Shown: positions 61,512-64,000 of the stretch, one piece after another
Layout of the letters: each line of letters starts with the position of its first letter
Numbering within the stretch: the first letter of the stretch is position 1
IMG/VR virus record: IMGVR_UViG_3300035510_000286
Span: 72,133 to 136,132 of that record
DNA: 64,000 nt
Direction: 5' to 3' (one strand)
Source of the DNA: a virus
Lineage: Duplodnaviria; Caudoviricetes
Position numbers and translations under genes: made by a program
The notes under the pieces: model-generated
The model's input: only the letters and a program-made list of their open reading frames with translations
What the model was told of the DNA's origin: nothing
Databases searched by the model: none

Positions 61512-62695
61512 AAGTCTACCCCTTTGAATAAAGATTTGAAATAATTATCCATTCGCTAGACTAAATAAAAAGTATTACCTTTACTTATATGCGCTCGCCA
61601 ACCTAAGTAGGACTATACAATATTCTCAGTAGTAGTTTCACCATTTAACCAAAGTTTCTACTAACGTCGCATCTTTCTGCGCTATTTGGCTATTTTCTCT
61701 TTGAAAGGAAGTTGTATAAGACCATTGTCTTTCGTTAGCCAAAAATTCCACTTTAAATACTTAAAAGGCTGCTGGCGTTTTCCGGGTTTAATCTACATTA
61801 TAGTAGTTTTCTTACGATTCAATTTAAGACCCTAGCTAACGAGCTTTTGCTCGATCTTAAGCACGCATTCCCGCAGATATTCTTTATCATTCCCAAAGAA
61901 ATAAATATCATCCATATATCTGCCGTAGTATTTAAGATGTAGCTGCTCCTTAGCATAATGGTCTACTTCATTAAGTGCTAATAATGCTAAAAGCTAAGAA
62001 GCCTAACTTCCTAGTCCTAGACTTGTAGGTTTATATTCGTAATACGTCTTACCAGGTTTAAAGTATTGCACTTTTACAGGTCTATAGCCATATTGTCCTT
62101 TAACTATATAATACTATTTATCTGGCTAAGGCGTATTATCTGTTGTGGGTGAATAACAAAAAGTGTCGATAATATATTCTACAAGCTCGCTTATCTGCGG
62201 CTATTGAACATATTTCCGCACTACCGATTTAAGATATTCATGGTCTATTGAATCGAAATACTTTTTAATATCTAGCCTAACCGCATAAAAATTCTCACCA
62301 AGACCAAAGTCCTAGTGAGCTTTCTATAAATGTATTCTAACTCGCTTTAAGGCAAAGTCAATTCCTTTGTCTTTCAATGTAGCGCAATTATCATATATCA
62401 ATTTAGGAGTAAGCTATGGTAAAAGAAATGTTTCACAAAGAGCATTTTGAAGCATCCTATCATAAATATAACAGGCTCTTATATCTCGCTTCTTACCTCT
62501 TTCAACTATTGAAAAACAATTAAATACCATCTACTAGTATTCATTATTCTTCAATTCTTCTTCTAAACGTAAGACGTTATTTAGTCTATTCTCTTCAAAA
62601 TTGATAGTACTACCTTTCCATCTTACGTTTCTGCAAACTTTGTATGAAGCATCATATAGAGCTTCACGACTACAACTAATCTAGGAGTCCTACAC
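61496..62695 (-). CDS. DGR reverse transcriptase, 399 aa (about 19 TAG read as Gln; absent from the ORF track)
   Basis: RBS aaggagg + GTG; ERGKKRDI, DRMLQ, LDIKKYFDSIDH, GLGS(Q)AS(Q)LLA, YGRYMDD. Confidence 0.92.
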
Positions 62696-62974
62696 GGGCT
62701 ATCCTCCTTGAAAAAATTTTATCAGCTAGTTCTAGTTAGACTTCTCAATGTGGAACTAACATCTAGCTTCATAATTTGCCCTTACGGGACTGGATAAACC
62801 TTCCTTAGATGAAATACACTTTTTTAATAATATTTTTCTCTTTTATAACACAATAATATAACATAATAACATTAGATTACTACTCACCTAGATAGACGCT
62901 TCTGCATCTTTCTTCTAATCGTTGTTAGTCACGGCCTAAGTCGGCCGTGCCTAACGACAAGGCTTTCATCTAAT

Positions 62975-63100
62975 CCGGCGCGAGGTAGTTGCCATTGTTG
63001 TAGTTGTTGTTGTTCGCAGCACCACTAGAGTTGACATTGCAAACATTGTTCGAGTTGGAGCTGCCGTAATATCGCGAACGAAGCCACCAAATGCCGGCAG
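62975..63100 (-). repeat. DGR template repeat (TR)
   Basis: 126-nt copy of VR rich in AAC/AAT codons; differs from VR only at adenines. Confidence 0.95.
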
Positions 63101-63103
63101 GAA

Positions 63104-63550
63104 TTAACAAGGTTTACCCCTGAAAGAGCGTTGATGCTCTTCGATGCTTAACTTGCAAGCCCTCGCTAAATCTGCAAGATACCAATAAGAGTTGCGTTTC
63201 TTCTCGCTTTGAACAACAAAAATACACAAATCTAATTCTCTTAAAATAGAATCGCAATAACCTATTGCCGCATCAAAAAATTTATTTACTTTATCTAAAT
63301 CTTCCTTAGTCCTAACTTCTATCTCGCTAGCTGCAAAACAATTACCATGGACTCGTTTTGCACTATCTAAAATACTAGCCCCAAAAGCTGAGTATAGATA
63401 TTGACTGCCCAGTGCACCAGGACTATTGTACTTTCCATTCGCCTTCTACTTAGAAGGTCTAGTCAATATTAATACTTGTAAAACTAACTTTCTAGCATCA
63501 TTAAGATAAGCAACTTTAGATAAATGTCTATCAACTGTCTTTACCGACAT
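63104..63550 (-). CDS. avd: DGR accessory protein, Avd-like (one TAG read as Gln)
   Basis: 148 aa, helical, MSV start, located between target gene and TR; call rests mainly on position. Confidence 0.7.
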
Positions 63551-63579
63551 ATTTATCCTCCTTCGATATAATCAATTTA

Positions 63580-63667
63580 AGAAAATGAGAGGAAAAATAT
63601 TATCTTCCTTTAGAAAAGGATTGAAGTAAATAAAAAAAGAACTGGAAGTTTTTTCCTCTCATTTTCT
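63580..63667. repeat. 18-bp perfect inverted repeat in the avd leader
   Basis: agaaaatgagaggaaaaa ... tttttcctctcattttct. Confidence 0.8.
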
Positions 63668-63781
63668 GTTAGTATTATACCAAATTATTTTCAATATATC
63701 AAGTAAAGTTCTCTCACTACTATATAAAAATTTAATTAATTCATCTAAACTTTTTTGTCCAGATTTTGTTAAAAAGAACTT

Positions 63782-64000
63782 TTAACCAATGCAGAAAGCC
63801 GGCGCGAGGTAGGAGCCAGCGCTGTAGCCGTCGCCGTACGCAGCACCACTAGAGAGGACACCGCAAACAAAGCCCGAGTAGGAGCTGCCGTAATATCGCG
63901 AACGAAGCCACCAAAGGCCGGCAGAGCTGCTACTACCTCCACTACTAGTTCCAATATATTTAATTCTGCTAGAATTATCAGAATATTTAGAATAATTAAA
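63782..64000 (-). CDS. C-terminus of the DGR target protein (DUF6273/CLec-like), truncated by window
   Basis: ...WWLRSRYYGSSYSGFVCGVLSSGAAYGDGYSAGSYLAPAFCIG*. Confidence 0.88.
   Translation of the reverse strand, partial: FNYSKYSDNSSRIKYIGTSSGGSSSSAGLWWLRSRYYGSSYSGFVCGVLSSGAAYGDGYSAGSYLAPAFCIG
63799..63924 (-). repeat. DGR variable repeat (VR)
   Basis: 21 mismatches to TR, all at TR adenines. Confidence 0.95.

Noticed and set aside
62990-63015. (GTT)n run as a microsatellite or CRISPR-like repeat
   Set aside because: It is the AAC-codon tract of the DGR template repeat; no repeat-spacer array was seen in the window
63769-63954. 61-aa ORF-track call over VR
   Set aside because: Wrong frame; the WWLRS...PAFCIG frame ending at 63782 puts the TR adenines in codon positions 1-2 as expected for a DGR

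Overview
A 64 kb segment of a large, AT-rich tailed bacteriophage, probably infecting a gut Firmicute (inferred from SigA-type promoters, an SLH-like endolysin tail and a Firmicute-phage gene cassette). It uses an alternative genetic code in which TAG encodes Gln (table 15). In-frame TAGs sit at conserved Gln positions (GIY-YIG 'YIG*T', RecJ 'GLIAN*L' and 'TP*II', DGR-RT 'GS*AS*LL'), no well-supported gene appears to end in TAG, and a CUA-anticodon suppressor tRNA lies at 8075-8149. The supplied standard-code ORF track therefore fragments or misses many genes. Layout: (1) 0.8-3.8 kb and 7.8-8.2 kb are tRNA clusters (about 12 tRNAs, several atypical) with a twister ribozyme, three copies of an unannotated stem/ACAGCAA RNA element and a free-standing GIY-YIG nuclease; (2) 3.9-7.6 kb holds Mtd_N/fibre-like structural genes; (3) 8.2-22.5 kb holds a radical SAM/SPASM enzyme with a Cys-rich partner, a DUF2828-vWA protein, an Ntn-hydrolase and an RNA-repair-type set (RNA ligase, kinase, phosphoesterases, nucleotidyltransferase); (4) PIN-PhoH and an endolysin; (5) 25-58 kb is a replication and nucleotide-metabolism block (type II topoisomerase, ligase, AAA ATPase, DnaB, primase, RecJ, SF1 helicase, DnaE, Gmk, NrdD/G, dUTPase, RuvC-like) carrying five group I introns and one intein; (6) the minus-strand end has a five-gene cassette, a tail-associated gene and a complete diversity-generating retroelement (VR, avd, TR, RT) whose RT contains about 19 TAG codons. 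All calls come from reading the sequence by eye and no searches were run.
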